This document shows positions 63,896 through 64,000 of a DNA stretch of 64,000 nt, piece by piece. The position numbers and the translations under genes were made by a program. The stretch is from Fimbriosthenelais zetlandica (lineage: Eukaryota). The notes beneath the pieces are model-generated. The model made no database searches. It was not told the origin of the DNA and saw only the letters and a program-made list of their open reading frames with translations. Position 1 is the first letter of the stretch; each line of letters starts with the position of its first letter. The stretch covers positions 25,172,001 through 25,236,000 of the forward strand of contig OZ365113.1 in assembly GCA_977030845.1 (NCBI GenBank). The letters run 5' to 3'.

Positions 63896-64000
63896 AAATC
63901 ACACACAATCTATATGTAACAAAGGACTGCTCCTTCCTTTCAATCAGATGCTACTCCCCCCGTAGAAAAACATAATTGACAATATGCAACATTGCAAGTG

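Noticed and set aside
1-64000. CRISPR arrays, operons, rRNA, snRNA and conserved miRNA hairpins
   Set aside because: The sequence is eukaryotic and intron-containing; by eye I found no repeat-spacer arrays and no matches to RNA genes or mature miRNAs I know. An Infernal/Rfam scan would be needed to exclude snoRNAs.

Overview
This is eukaryotic (bilaterian, probably lophotrochozoan) genomic DNA: spliceosomal introns, microsatellites and one 184-N gap. I found no prokaryotic features, CRISPR arrays, tRNA or rRNA. Three protein-coding genes are supported. (1) A + strand EF-hand protein gene, of which the last two coding exons are clear (4313-4522, 4717-4966) and the 5' end is unresolved. (2) A complete 4-exon - strand secreted lipocalin of the apolipoprotein D type, join(7226..7104, 6976..6913, 6659..6507, 5690..5446), 194 aa, lying tail-to-tail with gene 1. 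(3) A - strand spalt/Sall zinc-finger gene with a 3.65-kb terminal exon (32067-35719) and a 210-bp exon (46677-46886) separated by an 11-kb intron, encoding 10 C2H2 fingers; its N-terminal exon(s) are not recognisable and probably lie beyond 64000. The rest is non-coding and looks like the regulatory landscape of a developmental gene. The most notable unexplained signals are a recurrent GAGCWGCTC palindrome, a gene-free run of YY1/NRF1/ETS-bearing CpG-rich islands downstream of Sall, a TATA+Inr element facing the Sall 3' end and bracketed by a 10-bp inverted repeat, Hox/TALE-type motif clusters, and a possible small spliced gene between 8.9 and 15.5 kb. I could not identify a clearly novel multi-gene system. 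The non-coding findings are hypotheses from motif reading by eye.
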